NCBI RefSeq assembly: GCF_000485595.1
Contig: NW_014577075.1
Span: forward strand, 891,021-955,020
DNA length: 64,000 bases
Reading direction: 5' to 3'
Source: Priapulus caudatus
Taxonomy: Eukaryota
Shown: positions 1-24,445 of the stretch, one piece after another
How positions within the stretch are numbered: the stretch's first letter is position 1
How the letters are laid out: each line of letters begins with the position of its first letter
The notes under the pieces: model-generated
Told to the model about the DNA's origin: nothing
The model's input: only the letters and a program-made list of their open reading frames with translations
Databases searched by the model: none
Position numbers and translations under genes: made by a program

Positions 1-152
<152 letters not shown>

Positions 153-2703
153 TGCAGAGAGAAGCGAGGAGGCAGGAAGGAACAAGAGCTAGAAAGAGGA
201 TGAACAGAGAGATAAGGGGGAGAGAGAGGGGGGGAGAGAGCGAGAGGGAGAGCTGGGGAAGCAGAACTTGTAACCGTCACGCATACATTGAATGTTCAGC
301 GAAGCGCGCGCTCTCCCCATGGTGAAACGTGGATTCGCTGCGATCGTGGATACTACTGTCACAAGCGGCCATTTTACGGCCGATAATTCCGTTCTGGGCC
401 CTGTCATTGCGGGATGAAAGCGAACACCCGGCAGCTGCACTTTTTATTGAGTAACGAGTCTCACTAGACGCGATGCGCTCATCCAGTAATCCCCGTTAAT
501 GCCGTTGTCACATTTAGGCGTGAAAAATTTGTTTTCGATTCCGCGTGGTATTTACTCTCGACACTTTATCGCTAATTGAATTGTAGATTAATTGTGCCAG
601 CTTGTAGGTTTCTGCCGACTTTGCTCATCATTGGCGACGATTAGCGCTTACAACGCGCCTAGTTAATGGGCGCTTTCAGTCACGTGGCTGGACGTCGGCT
701 ATTGTCGCATATATAAGCGCTAACCTTTAGGCGTCAGCGTAATCTAACGGTCATTCCCGGGCGGAGTTTCTCTCTCTGGGGAGCGCGTTTGGAGCCAATT
801 CCGGTATAATAACCGATGCCTTTTCCACACCAACCATCACTCATGCAAATATAGTTGAACATCGTGAACTGATTCTCATTTAATAATGCGTGCTACTATA
901 CTATTATTACAATTGTCAAGTTGATGACGGGTTGCTATGGGGAATCTAAGCCGGGATAAACCTGACACGCACTTTGAGCAGCAATGACGTTCCTGGCATG
1001 TCCGGTCAGTTGTAGTGAAGCGTACTTATTTCTTAGCGCAAAAGTGAGAAAACATTCTATGCGATTTGCAGCTGTGCATGCTTAAGCGACATAAGACGTT
1101 GTTAGCGACTGACACTAATCCACGGTCCAATGTCACTATATGTGTGTAGGCGCGTGGACTACACAAACATACACAACGGCTATCACGTCAGTCTCTATTT
1201 AGCTTTTGTATTTTAGTGCCGTTATTTATGTAATGATGTTTGCGTAGTATCTTAAACGTGTAACCGACTATACGGCTAATATTTGAAAGCGTTTTTTTAA
1301 ATGGCTTTAATTTTCACTAACTGGTGCGTAAGGTAGTGGCATATACGTGCACATAAATTCGTAATAATACAAAACATCGATTATTTGAAATTACTCCGGA
1401 CTTTTACTGATACCTCAATACAGATTAAGTTGAGTCCCTATCAGACTTTTGAAAATCGGTTGCCTGAACTTTGCTATATCAGAAGATTCACTTGGGAGTA
1501 AATTACTTTCATCTGTAGTCCCTTTTCTTGATTCACTAGTCAAACATATAATATAGTAACGACGCTTTTTTGATTCTGAATATATTAGTCGCAATGATGC
1601 AATAAATTTCTGATAATTAAATTAAAACGGGCTCGTCAGAGTGATAGACGAGAGAACATTTATACCTCATATACGGGTTGAACTATTCCGACACGCTAAA
1701 TTTTGATAATGGTTTAAATCGGGCGCATCAGTAATTTAATTGACCGATCACAATAATAATTATGATAGAAGCCACGCAGGGCGTCGTTTTCACCAGCACG
1801 TCATACGGCACTAGGTGGCGTCACGCACGAAAGGAACATAATAATTTGTACGTAACGAAAAACTGTAACGTGAAAAAACGTCTAGAATAGCTAAAAGGAA
1901 ATACTCGGTCGAAATAAGGTGCGTGCGAGTAATGAATGTAGAAACATCGAAGAATTAGGGTTGATGCCACTGAATGACCATACACGTTGGACATATATCC
2001 CTTCAGTATTCCCCTATGGTAAGACGTACTACAGATATATACGAGAAGACTCGTAGAAAATGTCAAAGAACTTCAGTCTCGACGCTAAATGTGGAAAGCG
2101 CGATGGCCACGGGCAATCTTACAGATTCGGCGACAATTTCGTTTACTTTTCTCAGGGCTCAATTTCCTAGCGAAAACCAACACAACAAATTATTCAATTG
2201 TGGCTAAGGGGTCTGTCAATTACTCATCCGGAGCAGGCAGCGCTGCGCTAATGGACACGGATCGCCTGCGGGCGTCGTATCGCCCCTCACCCATGCGTGA
2301 GCGCCATGACCCGCCGCCGAGAATATGCGCGGAGCAGCGCGCGACATCTGCTACCGGAATACCGTGGATTTCTTGCGATTTCGCCCAATCTTTGCGTACC
2401 TATTAATTCAGCGCTCGACGGTGAAGGTGTTGGTGTGTTTTCATCGACGCTGACGGTCTCGCAAGCCGACAAACTAGCAGCAGATTCGATGTGACCATCG
2501 GAACCGCCCTACGCGTACCACCGGCATCGTTGCTAAGATACTGTCGTAATTGTTATCTAGTTGGCTGGCAGCGCAGGTGGCTCGCTGGAAGTCAAGAACA
2601 AACAGTTTCCACCTAAAACCAACTGGGCCGTAAGAAACAGCCCCCACTTACTTAATTCTGAATGGCAAACAGGGTAAATATTGGATAGCTGGGTCTCGGC
2701 GAG

Positions 2704-2714
2704 CGTGTGCGTGT

Positions 2715-2784
<70 letters not shown>
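2704..2784. repeat. (GT)n microsatellite
   Basis: Direct reading. Confidence 0.97.
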
Positions 2785-2786
<2 letters not shown>

Positions 2787-5733
2787 ACGAATGGCATGTT
2801 GCGACAGAGCACTGGCGTATACAGTATTGTACGTTTATGCTTAAGTTGTTCCAGGCACAATACGTCGCGTGCACAGGCACCTAACCCTCAAGATAGAAAC
2901 TAAAATAGAAAGAGCAATTTCTACCTCGCCCCGTATGAACGCCAGACAGGGCGATTGCTCGTCTACATTGTTAGAGGACCAGTGTCAATGTTATAGGATG
3001 AAGCGGTATATGTAACAACGCGAATAGCTTGACATTCGAAATCTTGATACGTAAATCTAGTGATCAACGTCCAAATACAAGGTCGAGACACTTTAGCCGT
3101 AGCTGTCTTTCGTTTTTAAAACACGCTGTAGATATCACAGCATCTCAACATTGACGTGTTTATAGTGAGAACAAGCAGGAGCAGACGAGTCGATCATTTT
3201 GTTTCCATGGGTACACCGCTCGCGCGCGTAAGAATGCTGGTCCTGCCCTGCAGACAAGGCTGTGTCGGGTTACCGTGGAACCCTCGGGCCAGAAAGAGTT
3301 AAGCGGGAAACTGTTCGATGCCGTTTATCGTGACTTAGTAATGGGCCCGACAGAGGACGCTACGACACGTCAAACAGACTCATTACTCCGATGTCCACTG
3401 GGTATAGGTTCCCGGTGTACGTTACATCATGCTGCGACCCCGGGTGAATTCCCTTCGCCGCATTACCGCTGACGGAGAGCCGCTACGATTCACGGGTGGT
3501 CTGTTTAAGTGTTTAACCCGGGACTGCTGCGTGAGTGCGCCCATGCCGCACGAACCGGTGAGAGAACAGGCGAAAGTCACGGACGGACGAAACGACCTCA
3601 GCGAACCTCCCCTAATCCTCGCTCGATTACGATACCATTTATAGTAGCTTCTCTAATTATGCATGCCGTCCCACATTTGATCGAACACACTGTGCGTTTG
3701 TATCCAGTTCAATGAAATCTTTGCTTCGTATTTCAATGACTGTAATGCGGCCAGATTTGTTAAAAAAAAAGTCTTGATGCATGCGCGCACGCGTGGATGC
3801 ACGCTCTCATGCGTGCGCGCACGTATTGACGCAGCTTCTTAGACATGCACGATCACATGAACCAAATAATCCTCAATAAAAACGGGCTTTGCACTCGTTG
3901 TTCGGCTGCTGTTATGTGCTATCTGTAACGCCTAACGTATGGTTCGTAACGTATGGTCTGTAACGTATGGTAGTTGCTGTTTCATGCGAAGAAGGGAGCA
4001 CGACTTTTCACTCATCCCCCGCGACTCGTTACCAACGACCGATGACGATAAAATGGATTAATGACTCAAAAATTCCGCCAGACGTCGCTTTGCTAATGCA
4101 GCGGCTTATTTGATGAAACACAGAAGGCTAATTATGATAACATAGCGCTGTGTTATCTCAGCGATCCCCATAAATCAAGATGTCCGTCGTAAATTAAATT
4201 TATTGTCTAAATGATTGCAGCATTAATTTCTAAATTTTAAGTGCCGCTAGCATGCAATAAGTGTAGGGTTGTGCCAAGATGGATGGAAATTGAAACTAAT
4301 TAAGACAAATTTACCTCAAAGTAACTACCCGTGGTCAATGGCGAGCTATGTAAATGCTCGCTGTTGGAAACCTCTGCCTTGTTTTTTTTTTAAAACATTG
4401 TGACACTATATAAAGCAAGCAACAGATTGCGAGTTGCGTGGCGCGTGCATAATCGCCTATTATTAACTAGTAACTGAATCGAATAAGAAAAAGAAATACC
4501 CATAACCACTACATGTGCGAGGTAATCCGCAAATACGCGTTCTACCTGGTAATATTATGAAATATGTCAATATGTCTGGAATTATATTAGGACCGAGGTG
4601 GTGTAGATTTGGGGGCTAGCCACCCTCTGTTAAACTCTGTGTTTTGATAAAGGTGATTTTTTTACAGTTGTATTGTAGTTACTATTGCATGCTCGTTTAG
4701 AACAACTCATGATTATTCTTTTCCATTATTTTCAGGATTTATAGGATTTGCATGTAGGTACAGTTGCAGATAAAAACACGCTATTTTTGCATTTGGTATT
4801 GCGCTTACCTTATATATATATATATAGTAAAACTTATGTAGTAATACTAATGTACCGGTAGTCCCGCTCCATATTACACTGAGGAAGGAAGGCATTCTTT
4901 TAATAGAAATTGTGATCGGAACACAGTAAATGTACGAAGATGCCCACAATTGTGACATGGTGTATTCCCCCAATTAAACTATTTGGGGGGGGGAATCCCA
5001 GACAATCTTGTCTCACGATCTCGCAACATTCGCCCCCTTACAAAATACTGGATCCGCTACTGGATTCGCAGGATAAACGCGTCGTAAATATTGAAAAACA
5101 TTTTTCAGTTTGCGGGGTGTCATTAAACTCTTGTCAGAGAGCGTCTGGATGTGCTAGTAAATAAACCAATTCATCTCTTATATAAGTTCCGACTCCATAC
5201 TCGATCGTTCAGAGTTTTCGTCATCAAGGGTCGACGCTTTCCACGGAGAATCTGTTGAAGGGCACATGAAACGTCGTTTTCAAGTACTCTCCGTCTGTCA
5301 TACATGTCATGTCATGACTAACATTCTAAACATGATACTGCGCTAACAATTTCTACTGCACAGATTTCGCTCTTTCTAACCTATTTGCTGTGGCTTTTAA
5401 CTTTATTGGTCGAACTATGTTTTCAGTCTTCATTAACTTTTCTAATGCTGCTATTCTGTTACTATAACAGCGCAATCAGACCTCTATTCACCACGTAACC
5501 TACTAAGTGGTTTCAACTTGTTTGCGTGTAAGATGGCCTCAGTGCCTATAGACATTTTGGTTCGTTACTGAAACTATGTTGCGACTAAACCTTTAAACCT
5601 GAGCTATATGATTTGACAGCCTTTCCAAGGCAGACATTCCAAGACAGCTGGTTCTTTCTGAAGGCGTTATCGATTCGAACATCACGAATACTGTAGTTTT
5701 TCCATATGTAACATACTGTGGACTGCACCGCTA

Positions 5734-5764
<31 letters not shown>

Positions 5765-5774
5765 AGAGGAGAGC

Positions 5775-5809
<35 letters not shown>

Positions 5810-5815
5810 CAGGAC

Positions 5816-5876
<61 letters not shown>
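5734..5876. repeat. (AT)n(AG)n compound microsatellite
   Basis: Direct reading. Confidence 0.95.
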
Positions 5877-5877
<1 letters not shown>

Positions 5878-6567
5878 GGTACACATTATAATGTATCTGC
5901 GTGACCATGCTTCCGTACGACCACGCAGAACTGTCACTGCATAGACTTGTGATGTCGGTCGAGCTGTGGTCGCATGACGCTGATGGTTATACTACAATTT
6001 TAAACTCAATTCCATGTCGATTCGACGAACTGGAGGCAGTGGTTGCTGACTGTCAAAATAATTGGCGTTATGGGCGAGACGAGACATTTTGCCGTGATTG
6101 TCGCTTGACGTTAGCGCCAACTCGCTTACATGTTGCCCCGGCGTGACGTCATACGGCAGATTTAACAACCTAATCGGGATTTATGTTTATCCTTGTCGAA
6201 ATTTAGCCACTGCCTTTTTATGCAGGTTAATATTCAGAAATTGCGATGTTTACTATAACCGTGCAGTTACGACGATCGTCGTGAACGGCAGTCCTTGCTA
6301 TATCCGCTCACCAGGTGATGTCTGGTAAACCAACAGGGAAAGCCGAATGGCAGTGTGTGTACTGGCGAGCCAGAGTGATCAGCGAACACGCACAGGGGCG
6401 GTAATGAAAGCACGCGGGGTTTCCGAACCACGACGTGGATTTGTGTAATTACTAGAAGTATTGGGAGATGTAAGTGACGGCAAAATACAGGTTACTGCGT
6501 GACAACCATCCAGTGGCAACCGCAGCGTCATCATACAGGGCAGTTACGATATAAATAAATAATAAAT

Positions 6568-6651
6568 AATATATATATATATATATGTGTGTGTGCGTGT
6601 GTGTGCGTGCGTGCGTGTGCGTGCGTGCGTGTGTGTGTGTGTGTATGTGTA
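6568..6651. repeat. (AT)n(GT/GCGT)n compound microsatellite
   Basis: Direct reading. Confidence 0.92.
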
Positions 6652-7449
6652 TCATATCGATATAATATATAAGATATATGCTTCATAAGCGTCTCTATAT
6701 CGCTAGCATAATATCGTCATCCTTGTCCTGGCCGACACTGTCTCAGGCAGCCTTGAACACCCCCTTCTTCTTTTTTTACCACGTATAGACATAAATCCAC
6801 ATACCATAATGCTTCAATGCACTTGTCATTTTAAAATGACGAAGTAGAAAAGTACTGTTGTAAAATTTTGCACGAAAGGACGCGAAAACTGTTGCAAACC
6901 GACAAGGACTAAGATGACGAGTGCGCTGCACTGCGGACGGGGCGCTGTCGACATGAGGCGTATAATTCGATCTTCCGCTCAGGTCGAGACGAAATTGGTG
7001 ACGCGTCAATTTTTTGGTTAAGGCGCAGTCGGTATGTAACATGATGATAAACCCGGGTTGTATCCATGTCACCCAAGGTGTTGAACCGTGGGCTATGTGG
7101 AGTTGTGGAGCGATGGACAGCAGGTTTGGTTTTCGTATATAATTACGACAGCTTTCACGACACAAAGCAACGCAGCATGTACGCGCCCACCTGCCCAAGT
7201 GCAGCAACGCACGCCATGCGTAAGTAAGCCTATTGCTGCCCCGGGATATTCAAAACAACAACACTCAGATATATGTACAAGCGTCCCGCCAGTTTGCGAA
7301 TGAATTGAATTTTAAAAGAACTAAAAAATTATGGAGGAATGCGTACCCAACGTTAGACAGCGCGTGATTAGGAGGAGAGACCATAAATCCCATTCACTCT
7401 CCCAACCTCTACTATTGTCTATTATACGATATACCACAATGGTAAATAT

Positions 7450-7720
<271 letters not shown>

Positions 7721-10700
7721 CTGCATGCTCAGCTACAAAATTTAATCATACAAATATGCGAGACGTAAGAACAAACAACACGCTTCATTGTCTGCGTTGG
7801 AGACATTAGATACATTACAATATTAGAATGTTTATGTGCCTGTTAGTTGTGTGTAGAATATACGACCTCCGCTGCTAGGCCACCTCTGTTTAATTGAAAT
7901 ACGACATCAGGGAATGAAATCTACAAACAAATGTGTTAACTAAAATACTACTTATATTATATTTTATTATTAAGAATTCAAAGTTCGAGTCCGGCGAAGA
8001 CTTTTGGCAACCGTTGGAAAAATAGTTACAGTATCACAGCGGTTACACATTTTTTACAGACGGCAACCAGATCATGTCGGCCGTACGATCGAACACATTT
8101 CACAGGTGTAACGAAGACTTACAAAACGATCAACCTCAGAATGTTAGGAAAACATACGATACTTACCAAATATATACGTGTAGTTGAGTGGTTTCACTCT
8201 ACTTTTAAAAAACTTCCCGATTCTAATGACAACTATGCGATTGACATTATGACTATAAACAAATGTATTTCCAATAAACATAGGGTCGTGAGTGAAATAA
8301 TATATCAATTAACTGTTGATAGCTTCACGCTATAACGAGAACTACAGATATGCCCATAGACTTAATATGATCGCGATTAATCAGTGACTAGCACTAAGCA
8401 TATATCTTTGCGTTCTTGTAGCAAAGAAGTTGGTCATACTGTTTTAATGGCTTTTGCATTCTTGAAATATATATATATATATATATATGAATAATTACCA
8501 CGCAATATTTCAAAAATGTTATCAAGAAAGGATTCCTGCGGTCGGCATCACGCGCACAAATTTCTGACCAGATAGTACAGTTGAGCGTACCTATACGCCC
8601 TTGCTATAAAGACTCACAAATCGCCCCGACCAGCACACACCATCCATTGCCGAGAGAAGCGGCCCGAAACTCTCATTTATTTATTCAACCACGCTCGATA
8701 AGAGCGGTATTACTCTAATCACTATAACAGTCCAGAGTAAAACTACGCTGTATCGTTGCTGACCTGTGGCCGTCTCTTGCACCACAACATCACCGCGTGT
8801 ATACAAAAAAAACACGAACATTGTATTAATGTATATACAGAGTAGCAGATAGCGTCATATATTACTTATCAGCTTTCTAAAATGATCGTATAATTGGACG
8901 GAGTACTTGAAAAAACAAGATGGAAAGCCGCGTATATCCGAATTTAAAAACATAAAACATTCGTTTAAATCAAGGTATTGCTTAGTAATACGGCACCGAA
9001 TACAACTTGTCCCCAGGTATACCGACAGACAAAAGGGATAATCCAAATGACATATATATACCTCGCAGACCAAATGTGTAAAACAATGTGTTACAAATTC
9101 CGTTTCTAAAACAATTCTATTGATACAACGTACCACACAGGTAATCTACACTTCTCATCCGTCTTTTTGTAAAAACAGCAATACCAATACATGCCTTATT
9201 AATAAATCACATCTATTGTCGCATGTCTTCAGTCGAACATATCTACAATATGAGTGCAAATGATATTTTGTTTCCGAGAAAATGTCTGTACGCCATAAAG
9301 TCTAGCCCTCTGCTAGTATCATCAGTGGCTCCTACGTCACTATCAATAGTATTACGGCGATCATAGGTTACAGAAAGCACGTATATAGCACCTGCTAGAT
9401 TGAGCAGTTCAGTCTGTCTTTATCACAGAGCCCCCCCCCCCATCAAACTATTCCCAATGCTGAACATTCACGGGTTTCAGTGAATTATTCCGTTTATTAT
9501 TGTTAGAGAGGCTAAGCTTGTTCCTCAAAGACATTATTGATTATTAATATTAGGTGACTGCATTACACGCTGAACGCTTACAGCTCCCAGTAAACATATT
9601 TAAAGATTCAACTGTTTTTCTTTAGTGTCACCAATCGTTCACCTTTTAATCAGACGTATTTTCAAAATGTCTGATTAGGCTTCATTTTCACTCATTTTCA
9701 GTGATAGATATCGACCAAAGTGACAGTATTCACGCTTCATATTTACATGCATATAGCAATCACACTCATTAGATAACAAGTCCTAACTGAGCTTCCAACT
9801 TATAGACAGCTGAACAACAACATCGATTCACACAGAGCCGCGACACAGGACTTGACAGCCGGGAACGTCTTATGATTCTGTACAGACTCGAGATGTTCCC
9901 TCTAATGAACAGATCTCGTCAGCAAGCTTGCACAGATGACTAGGACCACATTGGCAAGCACTTGTACTCTCAGTCTCTGAAGGACAACAGATCGCGAAAT
10001 CACATCGTATTCGTTGTAAGTCACTAGAGCTAAAAAGAAAACCAATATTGTTCATGCAGCAGTTCTGTGTGTAACTCTGTTCTGTGTCACGTCAATCTCT
10101 AGGGAATAGTATTTTACACTGTCTACTGAATACTTTACAATGAATACACTAGGGCTTTGATAATGTACTTAAAAACTGCATCGAATAAGGTGTATATTAG
10201 ATATCTAGAATTGCTCTTTGTTACAGCTGCCTCTCAGAACTACAGCTAAAGTAGTAAATTACTTGAAAAACCAGAAGGGTAACAAACGAGTTCATAAGAT
10301 ATTCAATGCACAGTTGCTCGCACACAGTTTAATAGTAAAGGATGGTAGATTAGAAACTTCTGTCAGTAGTTTGATAGTGTGAGGTTGTGGATGATTGCTC
10401 TGATAAACACTTGTATAAATGAAAATATTGATATTTAGTGATTTATAATTTTCAAGTGATGATTTAATATTTCAAATATATAACTTTACAAACATCAAAC
10501 TATGTCTACTGCATTTTCATCACTGAAGTTTCACAACACGGTTTACAAAATTCTTCTTCATGATATCATGCAATACACAGATATTCGTTTTCGTATTTTG
10601 TTTATGTATGCCCGCCCCAACAGATGGCACCACGTACCAGTACTCTTAACATACCTTATTCCTTGCCTGGCTTCCATACGTGACAGCTCTGCTACATAAT

Positions 10701-10723
10701 TCTCCGACCTCAAACTTCATTGT

Positions 10724-20598
<9,875 letters not shown>

Positions 20599-20849
20599 GT
20601 CCTAAATTGACTAAGAGGCAAAATACCCCCAAATATTATTTTAGTATAGATCATCAGTGTAAGAGAAAAATAGTGCCATTGAGGCGAGCAGGGCTCGTGC
20701 AATAGATATTGTTCAATGCAGCTGTTGCTGCTACAGTGGGTGGCAGCCTGCTGCTGCTGCTGCTGCTGCGCATCGTTTGTTGTAATGTGATGTCATTGTG
20801 GCTGTTTTGTGTGACGTACGTGACGTTTTGGGCTAACAAAAGACTACGA

Positions 20850-21002
20850 GATACAATAATGTAACACACAAGAGTAGGGACCCTACTCTTGTTGGTTTAC
20901 ATTATGTATCTACTATTGTTGTGTCCTACTCTTGTTTGGTTAGCATTATTGTATTCTACTATTGTGTGTCCTATTTCTTGTTGGGTTACGTTATTGCATC
21001 TA
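20850..21002. repeat. Palindrome plus about 44-bp tandem repeat upstream of KATNAL2 (copy at about 24688-24840)
   Basis: CAAGAGTAGGG-A-CCCTACTCTTG centre; unit cctactcttgttggtttacattattgtatctactattgttgtgt occurs about 3 times. Confidence 0.75.
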
Positions 21003-21299
21003 AACAAAAGACGTGCGCAGTAAGCAGTACGCGAGTACTAAGAAACTGAGCAACTTTTTCAATGACCAACCTATCAGATATGGCACACGTCCGTAACTAT
21101 GGGAATATATAATATATAAGTTGGTGTGGTTACTGGGACATGAACCCATTTAACCAATACCAGATGCTTAGCCCGACAGGTTCTATGACTAGCTGTTTCA
21201 CGTCTCCGCTTTCGCATCTTTATACTTCTTCTCCCAACGTAGTTAGAACCGAGAAGGCTAACTTGGACTCCACCGATGCTATGCTTCTGATGCTATTGA

Positions 21300-21524
21300 T
21301 ACTGTATGTACGCCATATTTTTCGCGTACAGATATTTTCGCCGATTCAGACCTGACGAACAAATTTTGCGAGTGGTTAATTTCGCGGTTGTGATTCCCGA
21401 ATTCAGTGAAGAACGGCGTGTTGTTATTTTCGCGTGGTGTTATTTTCGCGGTCGGGGACGCCGGTTCTGCGAATTCGCAAAAATTAAACGCACCACGGAA
21501 ATGATTATACAGCGTAATACAGTA
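21300..21524. mobile_element. Small TA-flanked MITE (second copy about 25137-25352)
   Basis: TACTGTA...TACAGTA ends, internal ATTTTCGCG / CGCAAAAATTAA repeats. Confidence 0.55.
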
Positions 21525-21562
21525 TTCGATGCTATGGCGGTGATTTGATGTGCATCCCAGAG

Positions 21563-21921
21563 CAGGGTGCAAAATTAACGCGAGTCCGGAGTCAAATACT
21601 CCCTGACTTACTGTCGGACTCCCTGGTTTGACATATGCAGGAGTGCGTGTTACTCCCTAAAAATTCTGCTATACTAACTATAGTTCATTCCAGAGCACGG
21701 CCTCGCGGAATTGCAGCATTCTTTCAGCAAATGTCCAAAGAAAATTGGGCAGACGTACAACGTACCCCATGAATCTTCAAAATAAGCACATGCGTTATAT
21801 TGTTAATATCTTTAGTTTTGAACTTCAGACTGCGGACTCCCTCATTTTGCTACAGACTCCCTCTTTTTGAGGGTAGGGAGTACGTTGGACTTCATTGTTC
21901 AAAAGTTAATTTCTAACCCTG
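21563..21921. mobile_element. hAT-like MITE with CAGGG termini
   Basis: CAGGGTGCAAAATTAAC...GTTAATTTCTAACCCTG flanked by direct repeat CCAGAG (6 bp). Right part is missing in the second copy. Confidence 0.7.
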
Positions 21922-22672
21922 CCAGAGACAGAGTATTGTAACTGAGTATGTAATGAGTATGTAACACACTGCGCCTAACACTCTAGTACCCTAAATTAAT
22001 TTGTCTTGTTTTGTCTATCTTAGTATGTCTATTTTACAAGATAGTCCGGTATATAAAGTGTGATACATCCTGCTCACAGCCTCCCTAACAAACTACACCA
22101 CCTCCCCATTCCACCTACGCCGCATTTCCTGCTGAAATGCCAAATGAAAGGGTTGTCATGGGAGTAAAGGAGTAGGCCTACCATACATCATATACCACTA
22201 CCAGGCATTACTACGTGTACTGTAGTACTACGGTAGCACATACTCTTTTCCAAGAGATGAACAGGATGTATTTAAATGCTGAAGGTTGGTTTAAAGAAAA
22301 TATTACAAATTACACACCACTAAACTACGATTTACACGATTCAGACAATATAATATTAAATTATTCATAATAATATTGTTCTCGCGGGTCAGGGTGTTTT
22401 GGAACAGCAGCAGATGTGGCGACATCTATCGCCAAAATAAAATGTTCTTAAATGAATCTACAGCTTTCGTAAAATCTGCCTTTCGCGTGACGAGGAAGGC
22501 CGACTTCCTATTGTAACCGTTTGCCTTTGTATTGCCTTGTATTGCCTTACCGATTGTATAAGTAACAGGAAAATTTCCACAAAATCTACCGATAGGTTTT
22601 GAGACCTCTTGAACCAATGACCATCATCATCATTCTATCGATAGATGGCCGTGGATCCAGGTAGATGTGTCT

Positions 22673-22840
22673 TAGGTAGGTAGGTAGGTAGGTAAGTAGT
22701 GGTTGGGCAAGTGAGTGCTTGGGTGGATAGGTCGGTATGTGCGTGAGTATGTACTATGTAGGTAGGTGGGTAAGTAGGCAGACAGGCAGGCAGGCAGATA
22801 GACAGACAGACACACAGGCAAACAGACAGACAGACGGACG
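22673..22840. repeat. (GGTA)n/(GACA)n tetranucleotide-rich tract (copy about 26208-26370)
   Basis: Direct reading. Confidence 0.8.
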
Positions 22841-24388
22841 GCTGGCCGGACAGGAGCCCGCGCGTGCGCGTAATGGTTTGAGTTCATTAAACAACGTAGC
22901 CTTGTATCCACAACACTGAGCCAACGAATTTTAACTGGATGCAAGATATCATATGCATATGCAAATGCAAGTCAAATCAGATAACCTTTATTCTCCAATA
23001 TCGTGATCTACAAAAGTACCTACACACGATCATATTCATTACATTATAATACACGTCTAAGGCTAAGAGCACCATCCCTCAGGTGAGGAACAATATGTTA
23101 CAACACTACGATGCCTAGTCTTACCTCTCGAACATTGTGGTAGTAAATGTCTTCTATAGCACCCATGCTGGTGATAAATTGTGGCAGCATTTCCACAGCG
23201 CCACGTGCCGTCACCTACATTTTACTACCTTACTACAGCAGTGAGCAAATACAAAGATGTACTATCTCCTATCATATCATATATATATCAAGAACAATGT
23301 GTTAATTAATTATGCGCAGCCCATTCACTGGTAACATCTTCAGACTAACGAGGGTTTGAAAACAGCGAACAGAGTGAATCTCTAGACTGAATTAATGGAC
23401 TCTTGACATATTAACAGATTGCACATGGAAAAATAATGTCAATGTGTACATTAAAGCAGAAGAAGGAAATAAACATAACACAATGTAATTATTGACATCA
23501 AAATACACACATCGCAATGTGATCTGCAAAATATTTGCACACGCAGAGTATAATCTTCATGTTGAGCATTTTACAAGTAGCGCAGAAGCTTGATATGAAA
23601 TCGCTAAAACAAAATTAAAAGTTAATAAATTTGCCATGAGACTATATTGTGCAATATGCAAAAGCGGACAACAGAAATGTAACATAACACATTTTACCCA
23701 GGCAAGGCTGAATCATCATTGCCACATTTTCTACCAATGTACAAATTGTATGCCAATTTGGATTTGGTGGATTGGCAGATGTCCATGGGGAATAAACGAC
23801 TATATGGCATAGGCTGTATAGACAACCAAAAACATTGGCAGTTGGTAAAGCTGGCAGTAGTGTTTTGAAGCATATATCCAATTAGTGTTGCTGTTTGTAC
23901 CATCCCTTTTGTAATAACTAGTTAGGTTACAGCTTGGCAAGTGATAACCCTAAAATAATGCTTTCCTATAATATATTATTACTCCTATTTCCTTTCTCGC
24001 CAAGCTACATGCAGAAACTAATGTTTACAACTCATTGATCAATAATCTACTGATATTATACAATTATTACAATTATACAACAATTACTTTCAGCAATTTA
24101 GTNNNNNNNNNNAACTAAGATTTTTTTAATTGTGGTCTTACCAGTGATCAGAATTTCATTCCACTACAGGGATTTTAAGCACATTATCTTGTGATCTTCT
24201 GTGATTCAAAGATATTCATGATTAAAAAAGTTTTTTATAATCACTTTGATAAACCTGCCATAAAAGTAGGAGGGGCACCAGTTGAATAACCCTTAGTAAA
24301 GGTATACACTTGTGGCAATACTTACTGTGTATTAAACACAAATCATTCTAAGAATATACGTACACATCATATATTTCTATATACTTAC

Positions 24389-24445
24389 TGCTTCTCTTGC
24401 TTGGTTGGCAGATCTGATAGCCACGTAACTCAGTTTGTCAGACAT
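24389..24445 (-). CDS. KATNAL2: Second, intact copy of KATNAL2 first coding exon (MSDKLSYVAIRSANQAREA) in the duplicated block
   Basis: 57 nt from ATG (24445) to a GTAAGT donor (24388). The copy at 20541-20598 is 58 nt (tttgttcagacat vs tttgtcagacat). Confidence 0.8.

Noticed and set aside
1974..3715. Cluster of short GC-rich ORFs
   Set aside because: No recognisable domain or consistent exon chain; expected by chance in GC-rich DNA.
6805..6830. miR-92-like seed (TGCACTTGTC)
   Set aside because: Match ends after about 10 nt and no precursor hairpin is evident.
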